NCBI GenBank assembly: GCA_965224085.1
Contig: CBDCYI010000005.1
Span: 864,001-928,000 of the forward strand
DNA from: Candidatus Marinacidobacterales bacterium
GTDB lineage: Bacteria > Acidobacteriota > Vicinamibacteria > Marinacidobacterales > SMYC01
Reading direction: 5' to 3'
DNA length: 64,000 bases
Numbering within the stretch: the stretch's first letter is position 1; every line of letters starts with the position of its first letter. Position numbers and translations under genes: made by a program. Below the pieces are notes generated by a model that was not told where the DNA came from, searched no databases, and was given only the letters and a program-made list of their open reading frames with translations. This document shows positions 1 through 10,565 of the stretch, in pieces.

Positions 1-569
1 CCGACCCGAAGACGGACAAAAGCGTGGCCGACAAGATATTCAAGGAAGAGGCTACGATTGACGACGTTCAAATCGAGGTCACGAAGTTCTTGACCGATCT
101 GCTCTCGGCGGAGCTGAGTCAAAACGTCGCAGAAGAAGCGCGTGCACAATTGAGATTGGCCGACGAGTTCGAATCCGTGAGTGACTATATTTCGAACGTT
201 CTCACGCTTTACTTGCGAATGCGTGAAGCAAGCGTGAATTTCACGGACGCACAGCAAGAAGAGCTGTTGGGACTACACGACCTGATAGCTTCCTATTACG
301 ACGCCGTCCACGCGGGTCTCGATCACGCTTCCGAACACTACTTGGCGGAAATTCGCCAAAGAAGTCGCGAAATCACGGATGAGATAAGAGAGCTCAGAGA
401 CCGACACTGGAATCGACTGTCCGAGGAAACCGTAGATCCGCTTATCAGTACCTCCTATATGGATATTGCGACTTCCTATCGCAGAATCAAGGATCACCTT
501 TTGAACATCGGTGAGGCGGTCGTCGGCGGTAAAACCGTTGCCCAACCACCGCCGAGCTCAGCAGCGTGA
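1..569 (+). CDS. C-terminal PhoU-like domain of a Na/Pi cotransporter family protein (starts before the window)
   Basis: Helical PhoU-type pattern E..ID...EVT.FL..L / ADEFESVSDY / Y.DI..SY.RIKDH.LNI.E; frame is open from the window start. Confidence 0.7.
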   Translation, partial: DPKTDKSVADKIFKEEATIDDVQIEVTKFLTDLLSAELSQNVAEEARAQLRLADEFESVSDYISNVLTLYLRMREASVNFTDAQQEELLGLHDLIASYYDAVHAGLDHASEHYLAEIRQRSREITDEIRELRDRHWNRLSEETVDPLISTSYMDIATSYRRIKDHLLNIGEAVVGGKTVAQPPPSSAA

Positions 570-934
570 TGGGCGCGCCGCAGGCGACACGCGCGTCCGG
601 CGAGCTATGCGTCGACCGCCATGGGACGACAGCGTGTAAGGAGATAGGCCTGCACCGCCGCATCTAGACCTTTAGGGGTTCTGGGATGTTCGGTGGCTCG
701 CATCTTCGGGTTGCACTATCATTGACGCCCGTATTTCGTGGAGCCCGTCTCCTGGATGGTTGCCAAGAAGCTCGCCTGCGTCGCTCTCGTCGTCCTTTCT
801 GCCCGGCTCCTCGCCGGATGCCTTGCCGGAACTCGCTCCGATCTCGTTCGCGGCGAGAATCCACGCCACGAATACGCGCTTGTCGGCGCGCCGGATCACG
901 ACGTCGTCGCCTATGCCGAGTTTTGTAAACGCGA

Positions 935-1334
935 GCTCGCTCGGAGAAAAGCCGACCGTGCCAACGTCGGACATGAACGCGAACGGATATTCGAAGATCG
1001 TGTCGTCGAGGAGTGTCACGACGACATGCTCTGGTGATCCGTCCCCGTCGCGCCGGATGCGCCCGCTCGTCAGTTGCGAGAAACGGGTCATGAAGTTGAT
1101 GTCGGAGTAGGGGTAGTCGGTGTTCCAGCCATAGCCGGAAGGCTCGCCGCGGACGCTCTCATAGAGGATGCGGCAAAACGTGAAGAGGTCGTTCGATGGA
1201 GTATTCGGCTGGGCGAATCGCGGCGGTACGCGGTTCCACCATCCGCGGCCCTGGCCGAGCGCGACACCGCCGAGGACGAGGGCCGAAAGCCCGAGCCCTA
1301 TCAGCCACGACCGAATGCGCGCGGAGCGAAGCAT
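935..1334 (-). pseudogene. DUF4159 domain protein, N-terminal part only
   Basis: Signal peptide then FTFCRILY...GWNTDYPYSDINF...FEYPFAFMSDVG; similarity stops abruptly near 935, where it joins an opposite-strand fragment. Confidence 0.65.
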
Positions 1335-1373
1335 GTGTTTGCGCCCTCGCCACCATGATACCCAAACGACGCG

Positions 1374-1530
1374 TCATTTGCGACGCGTGCGCTCGGGCTC
1401 GGCATGGAGCGCGCGCTGAAGCCGCTTCGGCATGACGAGACGATAGCTCTCCTGAACGAGCTCTTCGACTTCACGCCACTCGAGCGGCGCCCCATCGAGG
1501 CGTAACGACGTCCAACCGTGCTTGCCGATA
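1374..1530 (-). pseudogene. MmcQ/YjbR family protein, C-terminal fragment
   Basis: IGKHGWTSLRLDGAPLEWREVEELVQESYRLVMPKRL matches the MmcQ/YjbR C-terminus. Confidence 0.6.
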
Positions 1531-1620
1531 TCCATCACCGTTTTCGGCATCTTGGCATCCATGATGAAGTGGATCGTCGTTACGAGGTGCACGAACAAAT
1601 CCGTGGAAATGCCTCCGAGC
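1531..1620 (-). pseudogene. Internal fragment of a Gfo/Idh/MocA-type oxidoreductase, in frame with the MmcQ fragment
   Basis: GGISTDLFVHLVTTIHFIMDAKMPKTVM resembles the GG...D..VH motif region of Gfo/Idh/MocA proteins. Confidence 0.45.
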
Positions 1621-1710
1621 GACGTGACCCGCCAGTGGTCAAAATCACGATCACTGTATCAGACGCGAGGCGTTTGACCCCACTCCCATACCAAGGATAG
1701 TTTCAGCCTT

Positions 1711-1764
1711 ATGCAGATCATCCGCAGGCGCAAGACTTACGACGTCGCCGTGATCGGCTCCGGA
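1711..1764 (+). pseudogene. First 18 codons of an FAD-dependent (GMC-like) oxidoreductase, cut off by IS sequence
   Basis: ATG at 1711 gives MQIIRRRKTYDVAVIGSG, the start of a Rossmann GxGxxG motif; IS sequence follows immediately. Confidence 0.55.
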
Positions 1765-3449
1765 GAGGTTGAGAAAAAGGGAGTAATCGCAAATTTAGGG
1801 CTAGTCTTCTGAGGGGTTGTCCGCTTAGAATCGAAGTCGTCAAAAACAAGAGTCTAAACGACTTAACTCCAAAGGAGACCAGCCCTAAATGCGAAAAACA
1901 ATCATTCCACAACCAAGCCTATGCGAGCCCTGGCTGGAGGTGGAGCACGCGCGCGAGCTCGAAGCGATCTCGTCGGTGCTCGATGCCCATCCTAAGCTCA
2001 ATGAGCTGGTACTGCAAGACCTGAGGTCGGTCACCCCATCGGCAGGGAGCGATGTTGGTCGTGGGGGAGTGAGCGCGGAGCAGGTTCTCCGGGCGTTGTT
2101 GGTCAAGCAGCTGAATCAGTTCACCTATCGGGAGCTGGCGTTTCACTTGGCAGACTCTCGAAGCTATCGGACGTTTTGCCAGCTCGGCATCATAGAGCCG
2201 AGCCCGTCGAAGTCGACCCTAGCAGCAAACATCAAAGCCGTGAAGTTCGAAACGCTGGAGAAAATCAACCGAGAGCTGGTGAGTGTTGCCGAGAAGACCG
2301 CGATCGAAAAAGGAAGAAAAGTACGAGTGGACTGCACGGTAGTGGAGTCGAATATTCATTCTCCTACGGACTCCGAGCTTCTTTATGACTGCGTCCGAGT
2401 TCTCTTTATGACTGCGTCCGAGTTCTCACTCGCCTCATGTGCCGAACTCGCGAACTGCTGGGTACAGTAGTGGTCTTCGGCAATCGAACGCGTCGAGCGA
2501 AGAGACGTCGACTGGGAGTTCTAAACGCGAAGGATAAGGAACAAAGGCGTCGCGTCTATCGAGATCTACTGAAGGTGTCGGAAGAAACCTATCGCTCCGC
2601 TCAACGCGTTGCAGACCAGTTGGACGAGTCCGGCTTGACCGAGCCGGTGAAGCGAGCGAGTGCGGAGAAGATCGCCGCGGATTTTAAGCACTTTCTCGTC
2701 CTCACCGAAAAAGTCATCAACCAAACTCGGCGTAGAGTGATTGATGAAGAGCGTGTGCCTGCGGAGGAAAAGGTCGTTTCGATCTTCGAAGAACACACCG
2801 ACATTATTCGCAAAGACCGGCGCGAGACTCTCTACGGTCACAAGGTGTGTTTGACTGGTGGCTCGTCCTCGATGATTTTGGATTGCGTGATCTTGGATGG
2901 GAATCCGTCCGATTCAACTCTCGCGGAAACCATGATCGACCGTCAAGTCGAACTCTACGAACGGGCCCCGCGCCAGGTTGCCTACGATGGCGCGTTTTCT
3001 TCAAAGGCAAACTTGGAAGCCATCAAAGGCAAGGGAGTTGAAGATGTTGCCTTTACCAAGGCTCACTTCGCGGTGACCGATATGGTCAAGAGTTCCTGGG
3101 TCTATCAACGCCTACGGCGATTTCGCTGCGGAATCGAAGGCGTCATTTCGTTCTTGAAACGAGTCTTTGGTCTCGACCGATGCACATGGCGCTCATTGCC
3201 TTCTTTCAAATCCTACGTATGGAGTTCCATCATCACCTGCAACCTGTTGGTAATGGCAAGGCACCTATTACGATAATAATGATTGCTCTTACTGCGTTTA
3301 TAGCCATGGATTGCTGACGATTCGCCTCTCGTTTCGTCCAAGATTTTCATTCGCTTCCGAGCCTACGAGGTGCCGACTGAAAACGTATAATACCCACATC
3401 TTCGATAGGCCTCTCGTACACCACAAGTTATGGTGTTTCTGGACAGGAA
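1764..3449 (+). mobile_element. ISNCY/IS5-like insertion sequence, copy 1 (left terminal ~20 bp missing)
   Basis: Near-identical to 32588-33324 at both ends; right end TTTCTGGACAGGAA followed by CTAG; lacks the TACCCGTCCTGACAGG left end seen in copy 2. Confidence 0.85.
1889..3276 (+). pseudogene. ISNCY-family DDE transposase, frameshifted by a 23-bp tandem duplication
   Basis: RVDCTVVESNIHSPTDS, KVVSIFEEHTDIIRK, YGHK, AYDGAF, FRCGIEGVISFLKR; CTTTATGACTGCGTCCGAGTTCT occurs at 2381-2403 and 2404-2426. Confidence 0.88.
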
Positions 3450-3457
3450 CTAGCTAG

Positions 3458-5395
3458 AGCCTGTTGCAAAACGTAACCGCTTTCACCGTTGGTTTCAATC
3501 CGCGTCCAATCGGGCAGCTGACAGATCTGTGATTTGCCGGCGCCAAACGCGCCTGGATCGATCCGCAAGAATTTTCCCAACTATTTTGTATTTGGTCGTT
3601 TTTTTCTTGACTTGTAGCCTAAGGGATGATATTTATTAGGCGTTATAGGGACCGTTACCAGGCAGTCCGCCCTCTTCTACGTCAACTTCTCCAAACAGGC
3701 GTCGCTCATCAAGGATGATCTACTCGAACCCGTCGACACGCTCCTCGAGGACCCCGAGCTGATAGAACTGACGAGAGAATCGCTCGCTGGTCGTTTCCCG
3801 CTCTCACCGCGTACCGGCCGGGTGAGTATCGCGCCTGACCGCTTGCTCCGCAGCTGTGTACTCAAGCACATCAAAGGATGGTCCTTCCGAGTCCTCGAGC
3901 GGGAGATCCGTTCTAGCCTCGTGTATCGGCGCTTCACTCGCTTCGACGACGATTCGATTCCCAACTACTCCACATTCAGTCGCAACTTTTCCCTACTCGG
4001 TGATGCGTTCGTAGAGAAAATCCATGCCCGTGTGGTCGCTCAGGCTCGAGACGAAAAGGTGGCTACGGGACGCAAGTTACGCACGGATACGACGGTAGTG
4101 GAGAGCAACATCCATTACCCCACAGATAGCTCACTGCTTGCCGATGGCATCCGGGTGCTCACCCGTAGTCTGAAGTGTATTGCAAAGGCTTGTGCTCAAG
4201 GTGCGCTCAAGGTGGTGGACCACAGCCGATCAACGAAAAACAGGCAGCTTGAGATCGACCGCGCCAGCAAGTCGTTCACCGAATCGAGCCAAGTCAAGTT
4301 CAAGCAAAGTTATCGCAAGCTCATGGGCACGGCGCGCAGCGTGGTCCGGCAAGCCGACGAGGTTATTCAGTCGCTCAAGAGCGGAAAGCTTCCGGTCGTG
4401 GGTTCGCTGGTGAGCATCATAAGCAATCAGAGCCAACTCGAACATTATCTGCCACTGTGCAAAAAGGTGTTAGCTCAGACAAAGGCCCGTGTTTTAGGGG
4501 GCCATCGTCACCATCCGGACAAGATCGTCAGCCTGTTCGAGGAGCATACGGCCGTGATCCGAAAAGGCAAAACATGGAAGCCGACCGAGTTTGGACGACT
4601 CGTGCGAATTGATGAGGTGGAGAACGGCATTGTTAGCCACTACGAAGTTGCCGCAGGCAATCCGGCGGACCAAACTCAGTGGATGCCCGCGCTGGAGCAA
4701 CACAAAAAACAGTTCGCTCGTGCGCCGGAGATGGCGACCGCTGACCGCGGATTCTTTTCGGCAGACAATGAACGCAAGGCCATAGATCTCGGTGTAAAGA
4801 AAGTGGTGTTGCCGGCTCGAGGACGACCCTCGAAAAAACGAGCCAAGGTTCAAAAAAAGCGCTGGTTCCGTCGAGCCCTCAAGTGGCGCGGGGGCGTCGA
4901 GTCCCGCATCAGCACCCTCAAGCACCGCTTCGCTATGCTTCGCGCCACCTACAAGGGCGACCGAGGATTCAAGCGTTACGTCGGGTGGTGCGTTATCAGC
5001 CAAAACCTCATATCGATCGCTCGAGTCAAGCGGCGAAGAAAGGACAGCGAAAATGCCGAACCCTTCATTCCGATCCACGTAAACGTCGGGACCAGCTCCT
5101 ACAACAGATTCAACAATATGCGCGAAGGGCGATCTTCGGCACACCCTCCGAAACCTATCGTACCTGCGGTACGCCCACTTGTCGGTGCCACGGGCCCGGG
5201 CCAAAGCATGGCCCTCACCTCTATATCAATTTTCGTGGCAAGCACGGCAAGACTACCGGCTACTATGTGCCCCAAGCCGCACACAAGCGTATCCGCGAAG
5301 GCGTCGCCGCATGGCAGAGCTTGCAGGATTGTCTGCGAGAACTCGCGGACATCAACAAGCAAAATACGCTCGACCGTGCCCGACAGGCGCGGACG
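3458..5395 (+). mobile_element. Second, distinct ISNCY-like element next to copy 1; right end not found
   Basis: Begins AGCCTGTTGCAAAAC directly after CTAGCTAG; carries a transposase and a DUF6788-like ORF. Confidence 0.65.
3644..5082 (+). CDS. ISNCY-family transposase (start uncertain; native stop probably obscured by an indel near 5077)
   Basis: RTDTTVVESNIHYPTDSSLL, KIVSLFEEHTAVIRKGK..KPTEFG, TADRGF, WRGGVESRISTLK; frame is open upstream of GTG 3822 back to ~3630. Confidence 0.8.
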
Positions 5396-5407
5396 CCTTC
5401 TGGATGA
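5053..5407 (+). pseudogene. DUF6788-like small Cys/His protein associated with transposases, frameshifted near 5077
   Basis: GT.SETYRTCGTPTCRCHGPGPKHGPHLY motif; ATG 5053 is put in frame by removing 1 nt at ~5077. Confidence 0.6.
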
Positions 5408-5582
5408 TCGCGCTTCACGTAGAAGCGCAGGTTGACCTCGTCGAAATCGCGGTGGAACGGGATGGGGATCCCGCCAACGCGCGTCTTCAGGAACCGAAAG
5501 CCGACCATCGAGACGAACGTCTTGCCTCGCCACGCGTCGAGCTCGGTCCCCTGAGGCAAAAGCGCTCCGAGCACCTCCGGTC
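5390..5582 (-). pseudogene. DUF2071/YqjF family internal fragment
   Basis: LLPQGTELDAWRGKTFVSMVGFRFLKTRVGGIPIPFHRDFDEVNLRFYVKR. Confidence 0.75.
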
Positions 5583-5895
5583 CTTGGAGCTCTTCCTCGA
5601 GCCAATAGCCGATCTCAACGCGTTTATTGAGCCAGTCGACCCGGGAGAAGCCGATGATCCCCGCGATCTCTCCCCGGTACCGGATACAGCATTGAAAGCC
5701 GTCGCCGTCCGCATACTGCTTGTGCGAGGCGCGGGCGAACGCTTTCGAATCCTCCACCGAGGACGCCGCGTCGACCCAAGGAAGCCACTCTCTTAAATAC
5801 ATGCGCGAGACCTCGACGAGCGCGAAGATCTCGTCGGCATCGCGCATCTCGACCATCTCGAGCGTCGTATGGTCATCGACCACATGCACGAACAT
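5583..5895 (-). pseudogene. RimL-type GNAT N-acetyltransferase, N-terminal part
   Basis: YLREWLPWV...GIIGF..VDWLNKRVEIGYWLEEELQG; breaks inside the Q-G-x-G acetyl-CoA motif. Confidence 0.75.
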
Positions 5896-6063
5896 TATTT
5901 ATCCAGGCGTCTCAACATCGCGACCCATTCGATAGGACGCCTTACTTCAGTTCCGCCATGATACAGCGACCTCAGAGCCCTGTGCTTGGACTCCGGCTCC
6001 GGGTGGAGACGTCGTCTCTCGGAATTGACCAGGCGCCGCGTGATCTGCTAGAACGACGAGCCA

Positions 6064-7062
6064 ATGCGTATTGATTCGAATCAACTCATGGCTTGGACAG
6101 CGCTGCTATTTGCAGCGACAGCGCTCGGTGCCTGCAACGATGCTCAGATCCTTCGAGCGTCTCATCAATGGCCCGACGGCGACGTACGCGGGGAGCTTCT
6201 CGAGATCATCCGTAGCGAGCTCCAGGCAGAGAACACGGGTCTCGAGATGCGGATCTACCCGGGGCAGTCGCTTTTCGAAGCAACGGAGCAGTGGGCGGCG
6301 ATGACCCGCGGCCGTCTCGATATTTCCGTCTTTCCGCTCGCTTATGCCGCGGGCCGGCACGCCGAGTTCAACGTAACGCTCATGCCGGGATTGGTGAAGA
6401 GTCACGAGCACGCCCAGCGTGTCAACGCCTCGCCGTACATGGACGTGATCCGGAAGCGCATGGAAGAGCAGGGAGTCATCGTTCTCGCCGACGCTTGGCT
6501 CGCGGGCGGTTTTGCGTCGAAGAATGGCTGCATTCGCGAGCCTGACGACGTACGAGGGCAGACGATCCGCGGTGCGGGTAAGGCGTTCGAGCAGATGCTT
6601 CTCGGCGCGGGCGGTTCGATCACGTCCATGCCGAGCTCCGAGATTTACACCGCGATGCAGACCGGCGTTTTGGACGCAACGATTACGAGCAGCATCAGCT
6701 TCGTCTCCTTTCGTCTCTACGAGCAAGTGCAATGCTTCACTGCGCCAGGAGAAACCGCCCTTTGGTTCATGTACGAGCCGATCTTGATGGCCAAGCAAAG
6801 CTTCGACGCTTTGACCGACGACCAACAGGCCGCTCTCATGCGCGCGTCGAAAAAGGCGGAGAGCTTTTTCATGGAGCAAGCGAAAGAGCTCGACCGCAAA
6901 GCCGAAGAAGCGTTTCGGCAAGCGGGCGTCGAAGTGGCTCATTTGAGCGAAGAAGGCCTCGAGGCCTGGTACGCGCTCGCGCGAGAAACGTCGCACAAAC
7001 TCTTCGCCGAAGAAGTCGAGGGCGGCCGGGCGCTTCTCGATCAAGCGCTCGCGGTCGAATGA
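6064..7062 (+). CDS. dctP: TRAP transporter substrate-binding protein (probable lipoprotein)
   Basis: Lipobox-like LGAC; IYPGQSL, GQTIR, MPSSEIYTAMQTGVLDA; first gene of a TRAP triad. Confidence 0.9.
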   Translation: MRIDSNQLMAWTALLFAATALGACNDAQILRASHQWPDGDVRGELLEIIRSELQAENTGLEMRIYPGQSLFEATEQWAAMTRGRLDISVFPLAYAAGRHAEFNVTLMPGLVKSHEHAQRVNASPYMDVIRKRMEEQGVIVLADAWLAGGFASKNGCIREPDDVRGQTIRGAGKAFEQMLLGAGGSITSMPSSEIYTAMQTGVLDATITSSISFVSFRLYEQVQCFTAPGETALWFMYEPILMAKQSFDALTDDQQAALMRASKKAESFFMEQAKELDRKAEEAFRQAGVEVAHLSEEGLEAWYALARETSHKLFAEEVEGGRALLDQALAVE

Positions 7063-7072
7063 GAGCCGCTCG

Positions 7073-7573
7073 TTGAATCGCTCGCGCTTCATCGCCAGCG
7101 TTCGAAAGGCTTCCGAGTTCGCCGGCATCCTCGCCGCTGCCATGATCGGGATTTCGGTGCTGGTGGTCTGCCATCTCGTGTTCACGCGCTATGTCTTGCG
7201 CTCTCCGACCGTATGGCAGACCGAGCTCGTGACCTATTTACTTGTCGGTGCCACATTGATTGGAAGTCCCTACGTCCTGAAGATAGGTGGCCACGTGAGC
7301 GTCGACCTCCTGCCTCACTATCTTTCCGCCGACGGCAAGAAACGGCTCGCGTTCGTAAGCTCGCTCACGGGAATCTTCTTTTGCGGCGTGCTCCTTGTGT
7401 CGGGTCTCGACCTTTGGCACGAAGCCTGGGCTGGTCGTTGGCTCTCCGAGACCGTTTGGGCGGCGCCGCTCTTCATCCCGTATGCAGCACTCCCCCTGGG
7501 TTTTGGCCTGATGCTGCTTCAATATATTGCCGACCTGGCCACCCTGCTCCGAGGCGAGGCCGAAACGTCATGA
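7073..7573 (+). CDS. dctQ: TRAP transporter small permease
   Basis: Four TM helices, VFTRY..W..EL, GGHVSVDLL. Confidence 0.9.
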   Translation: MNRSRFIASVRKASEFAGILAAAMIGISVLVVCHLVFTRYVLRSPTVWQTELVTYLLVGATLIGSPYVLKIGGHVSVDLLPHYLSADGKKRLAFVSSLTGIFFCGVLLVSGLDLWHEAWAGRWLSETVWAAPLFIPYAALPLGFGLMLLQYIADLATLLRGEAETS

Positions 7574-8892
7574 GCCCACTCGTCACGGGTGTGCTCATCG
7601 GTATCGTCACCGTCGTCGTTTTGTTGTCGGGCGTTCCCGTCGCGGTCGGACTCGGCGTCGTGGCCATTTCCTTTCTTCTCATCTTCGAAGGGCCGTCGAG
7701 CTTGACGCTCATGGCGGAGCTTTTCTTCGGCAAGCTCGACGATTTCACCCTTCTCGCCATCCCGATGTTCATCGTGATGGGCGCGGCCATCGCCGCCTCG
7801 CAAGCCGGTGCCGATCTATACGACGCACTCGATCGTTGGCTCTACAAGATTCCAGGCGGGCTCGTGATCTCGAACCTCGGAGGCTGTGCCCTCTTCTCCG
7901 CGCTTTCCGGCTCCTCGCCCGCGACGTGCGCCGCAATCGGCAAGATGGGCATCCCCGCCATGCGCGAGCGCGGCTTCAGCGACAGCCTCGCCGCGGGCGC
8001 CATCGCGGCGGGCGGAACCTTGGGCATTCTCATCCCACCGAGCATCACAATGATCGTCTACGGCATCGCGACGGAGACGTCCATCGGCCGGCTCTTTCTC
8101 GCCGGCGTGATCCCCGGCCTGATGCTGACGACGCTCTTCATGATCTGGGCGCTCTTCGCCACCTGGCGCTTTGGTAGTGCCGCGGTCGAGGAGCGCGACG
8201 TGAGCTTTACCTTACAAGAAAAATTCCAGGCGCTCCCCAAAGTCTTGCCTTTTCTCACTATTATCGTCGCTGTCGTCTACGTGCTCTATGGAGGCGTCGC
8301 AACGCCGTCCGAGACCGCCGGGGTGGGCGCCTTCCTCGTTATCTTGCTGGTGATGCTGATCTATCGTGTGTGGCGGCCGTCAGCGCTCTGGAAGATCATG
8401 AAAGACTCGACGCGCGAGTCCGTGATGATCTTGTTCATCATCGCCGCATCCGGCCTCTTCAGCTTCATGTTGTCGAGCTTATACGTGACTCAGTCGCTCG
8501 CCGAGCTCATCGTGTCCCTGGACGCGGGCCGCTGGGTGTTGATGTTCTTCATAAACATCTTCTTGCTCGTCTCGGGCTTCTTTCTGCCTCCCGTGGCGGT
8601 CATTCTCATGGCCGCACCGATTCTGCTCCCCATCATCACCGAGGCGGGCTTCGACCCCTACTGGTTCGCCGTGGTCCTCACCGTGAACATGGAGATTGGC
8701 CTCATCACGCCGCCCGTAGGCTTGAACCTCTACGTGATCAACAGCATCGTGCCGGACATCGGACTGCCTCAAGTGCTAAAAGGCGCGCTCCCCTTTATGC
8801 TGTGTATGGTGCTGGGCATCGTCCTGCTCTGTTTCTTCCCGCAACTAGCTACGTGGCTCCCAAACACTCTGATGGGCGCGAGCCAACCCTGA
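7570..8892 (+). CDS. dctM: TRAP transporter large permease
   Basis: LLAIPMF, SGSSPAT, GGTLGILIPPS, ATPSE, ITPPVGLNLY; ATGA overlap with dctQ. Confidence 0.92.
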   Translation: MSPLVTGVLIGIVTVVVLLSGVPVAVGLGVVAISFLLIFEGPSSLTLMAELFFGKLDDFTLLAIPMFIVMGAAIAASQAGADLYDALDRWLYKIPGGLVISNLGGCALFSALSGSSPATCAAIGKMGIPAMRERGFSDSLAAGAIAAGGTLGILIPPSITMIVYGIATETSIGRLFLAGVIPGLMLTTLFMIWALFATWRFGSAAVEERDVSFTLQEKFQALPKVLPFLTIIVAVVYVLYGGVATPSETAGVGAFLVILLVMLIYRVWRPSALWKIMKDSTRESVMILFIIAASGLFSFMLSSLYVTQSLAELIVSLDAGRWVLMFFINIFLLVSGFFLPPVAVILMAAPILLPIITEAGFDPYWFAVVLTVNMEIGLITPPVGLNLYVINSIVPDIGLPQVLKGALPFMLCMVLGIVLLCFFPQLATWLPNTLMGASQP

Positions 8893-8992
8893 AAGAAAGA
8901 GAGCCAAACTCCGCCGTTTATGCTCCGTCTTCTCGTCATCGTCGTCTCTCGGGTGATCCGAGCCGCTCGAAGGAGGTTAACCCGCCGCACTC

Positions 8993-9135
8993 TTGTGGCT
9001 CGTCTTCGTCTCCCGCGGCGGTTTTACTCAGGACCTCGTCCTTCAAGGCAGCTTGGTGACGATGGCCGATGACGGCGTGATCGAGGATGGTAGCGTGTGG
9101 ATCCGAGACGGTGTCATCGATGCGGTTTTCGAAAC
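8993..9135 (+). pseudogene. Amidohydrolase-family N-terminal fragment
   Basis: DLVLQGSLVTMADDGVIEDGSVWIRDGVIDAV resembles the N-terminal beta-domain of amidohydrolases; breaks off afterwards. Confidence 0.45.
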
Positions 9136-9364
9136 GGACAGAGCGGTCGAGGAGGCGGTCGGGGCGAAGGAGGGGGCGCGCCTCCGCACCGCTAGAATCG
9201 GCGTCGGATGCGCATGACCCTTTCGCGTGGGCAGTGTGGAATTCCACGTTCGTTCACTGGCGCCAAGTAGGTCAAAGACCTCGTAGCCAGCAGGAAACCG
9301 ATCTCGCCGCTTTCGGCTACGACGCGACCGATAGAGTTTCATCGTTGGCTTCGGGCTTCATTGG

Positions 9365-9491
9365 CGAATGATACGGCTTTATTCAGGATGAAGAGCGGGA
9401 AGTGAGACCACTCCGCGCCGCGGAGGAGGAGGTAACGGACAACGGCATGGGCCAGGGCCCCGCCGAAAAGTGCGGCGAACCATCGCGCCAT
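9365..9491 (-). pseudogene. Membrane protein N-terminal fragment (possibly ferric-reductase-like)
   Basis: MARWFAALFGGALAHAVVRY...FPLFILNKAVSFA, then loses coherence. Confidence 0.3.
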
Positions 9492-9567
9492 GACCGGCTG
9501 CCACAGGCGGCTTTGCTTCGAGAACTCACTCGACGTCAAAGGGCGAATACTAGCCCCCGACCTGAGC

Positions 9568-10293
9568 TCAGTTGACGCCGCGCCAGGACACCTTGCTGCC
9601 GAACCAGTATCGAAGCACGACGGCGTGTTGCGGGCGCCAGTTTCCGCCACGGCCTTGCGTATGCTGGAATTGATACGCGAGTCGAAGCTGCCGCTCTCGC
9701 GCAAAATTCCAGAGGAAACCGACGCGCGTCCGGACGCGGAAGAAACCACGCGCATTGTCGAAGAAGAAATCCAGTTGGCCCCACGGCTCATTTCGAATTC
9801 CGTCTCCACGAAGCTCCAGCCTCGTCCGGTACACGTTGAAGTCCGGGATCGCGTCTCCGCGGAAATGGCGTTCGTAGAACAAACCACCACGAAATCGCAC
9901 ATCGTTGTTCCGGAACCGGAGAAGTGTCTTTCGAAGCAGGAGCTGAACCCGCTCGTCGATCACCACATCGTCGAACTCGGTTGCGTGTCCTATCAGGAAG
10001 AACCGGCCGCGGAAGTCCCAGTCCTCGGAAAAACGGACGGTCGCGTCGGTCGTCACGCGGGTCATGAACGAGGAGTTTAGCTCCTGCTCGTCGGTCCGTA
10101 GGGACGGCGTGACCACCCACGCAACCTTTTCCCACGTACGAATCGTGTAGATGAACTCGGCCCAGACAGCGAGCTCGTCCCAGAAACGCGCGTCCTGAGC
10201 CTGCCCCGAACGGGGAATGGAAAGAACCAGCAACAAGGCGCCCACGATTAACCCACGTTTCGTTGCCACCGTGTGATCCATCAGCCAACGCAT
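9568..10293 (-). CDS. DUF2490-like outer-membrane beta-barrel protein
   Basis: Signal peptide, alternating aromatic beta-strands, E.R / YERHF / YRTRLEL pattern, terminal VLRYWF. Confidence 0.6.
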   Translation of the reverse strand: MRWLMDHTVATKRGLIVGALLLVLSIPRSGQAQDARFWDELAVWAEFIYTIRTWEKVAWVVTPSLRTDEQELNSSFMTRVTTDATVRFSEDWDFRGRFFLIGHATEFDDVVIDERVQLLLRKTLLRFRNNDVRFRGGLFYERHFRGDAIPDFNVYRTRLELRGDGIRNEPWGQLDFFFDNARGFFRVRTRVGFLWNFARERQLRLAYQFQHTQGRGGNWRPQHAVVLRYWFGSKVSWRGVN

Positions 10294-10565
10294 CCATTGT
10301 CATTTTATAGTCCCTGACGCCTGGGAAGGCACGCATCAGTTCGGGGGCCTGGATGTCGACCGCCTTGCTGTGATCGATCGTTCCGTCGAGTTCCTGCGCC
10401 AGCTACGCTATCCACAACTTCTGGTTATATCTCACTTGCGGACCTCGAATTTTCGAACAGGCTGTGGTTGCTAAAGGGGATTCAATCGTGCAGAATGCCG
10501 CTCTTAATTCTGACGTCTAGGTAGACGGCTCACGAATGATAAGCGGTTAGCTGGGAGGAATTCAC

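Noticed and set aside
5263-5895. Apparent novel GNAT-DUF2071 fusion protein
   Set aside because: Both halves are incomplete and the join cuts the acetyl-CoA motif; it is a junction product, not an evolved fusion.
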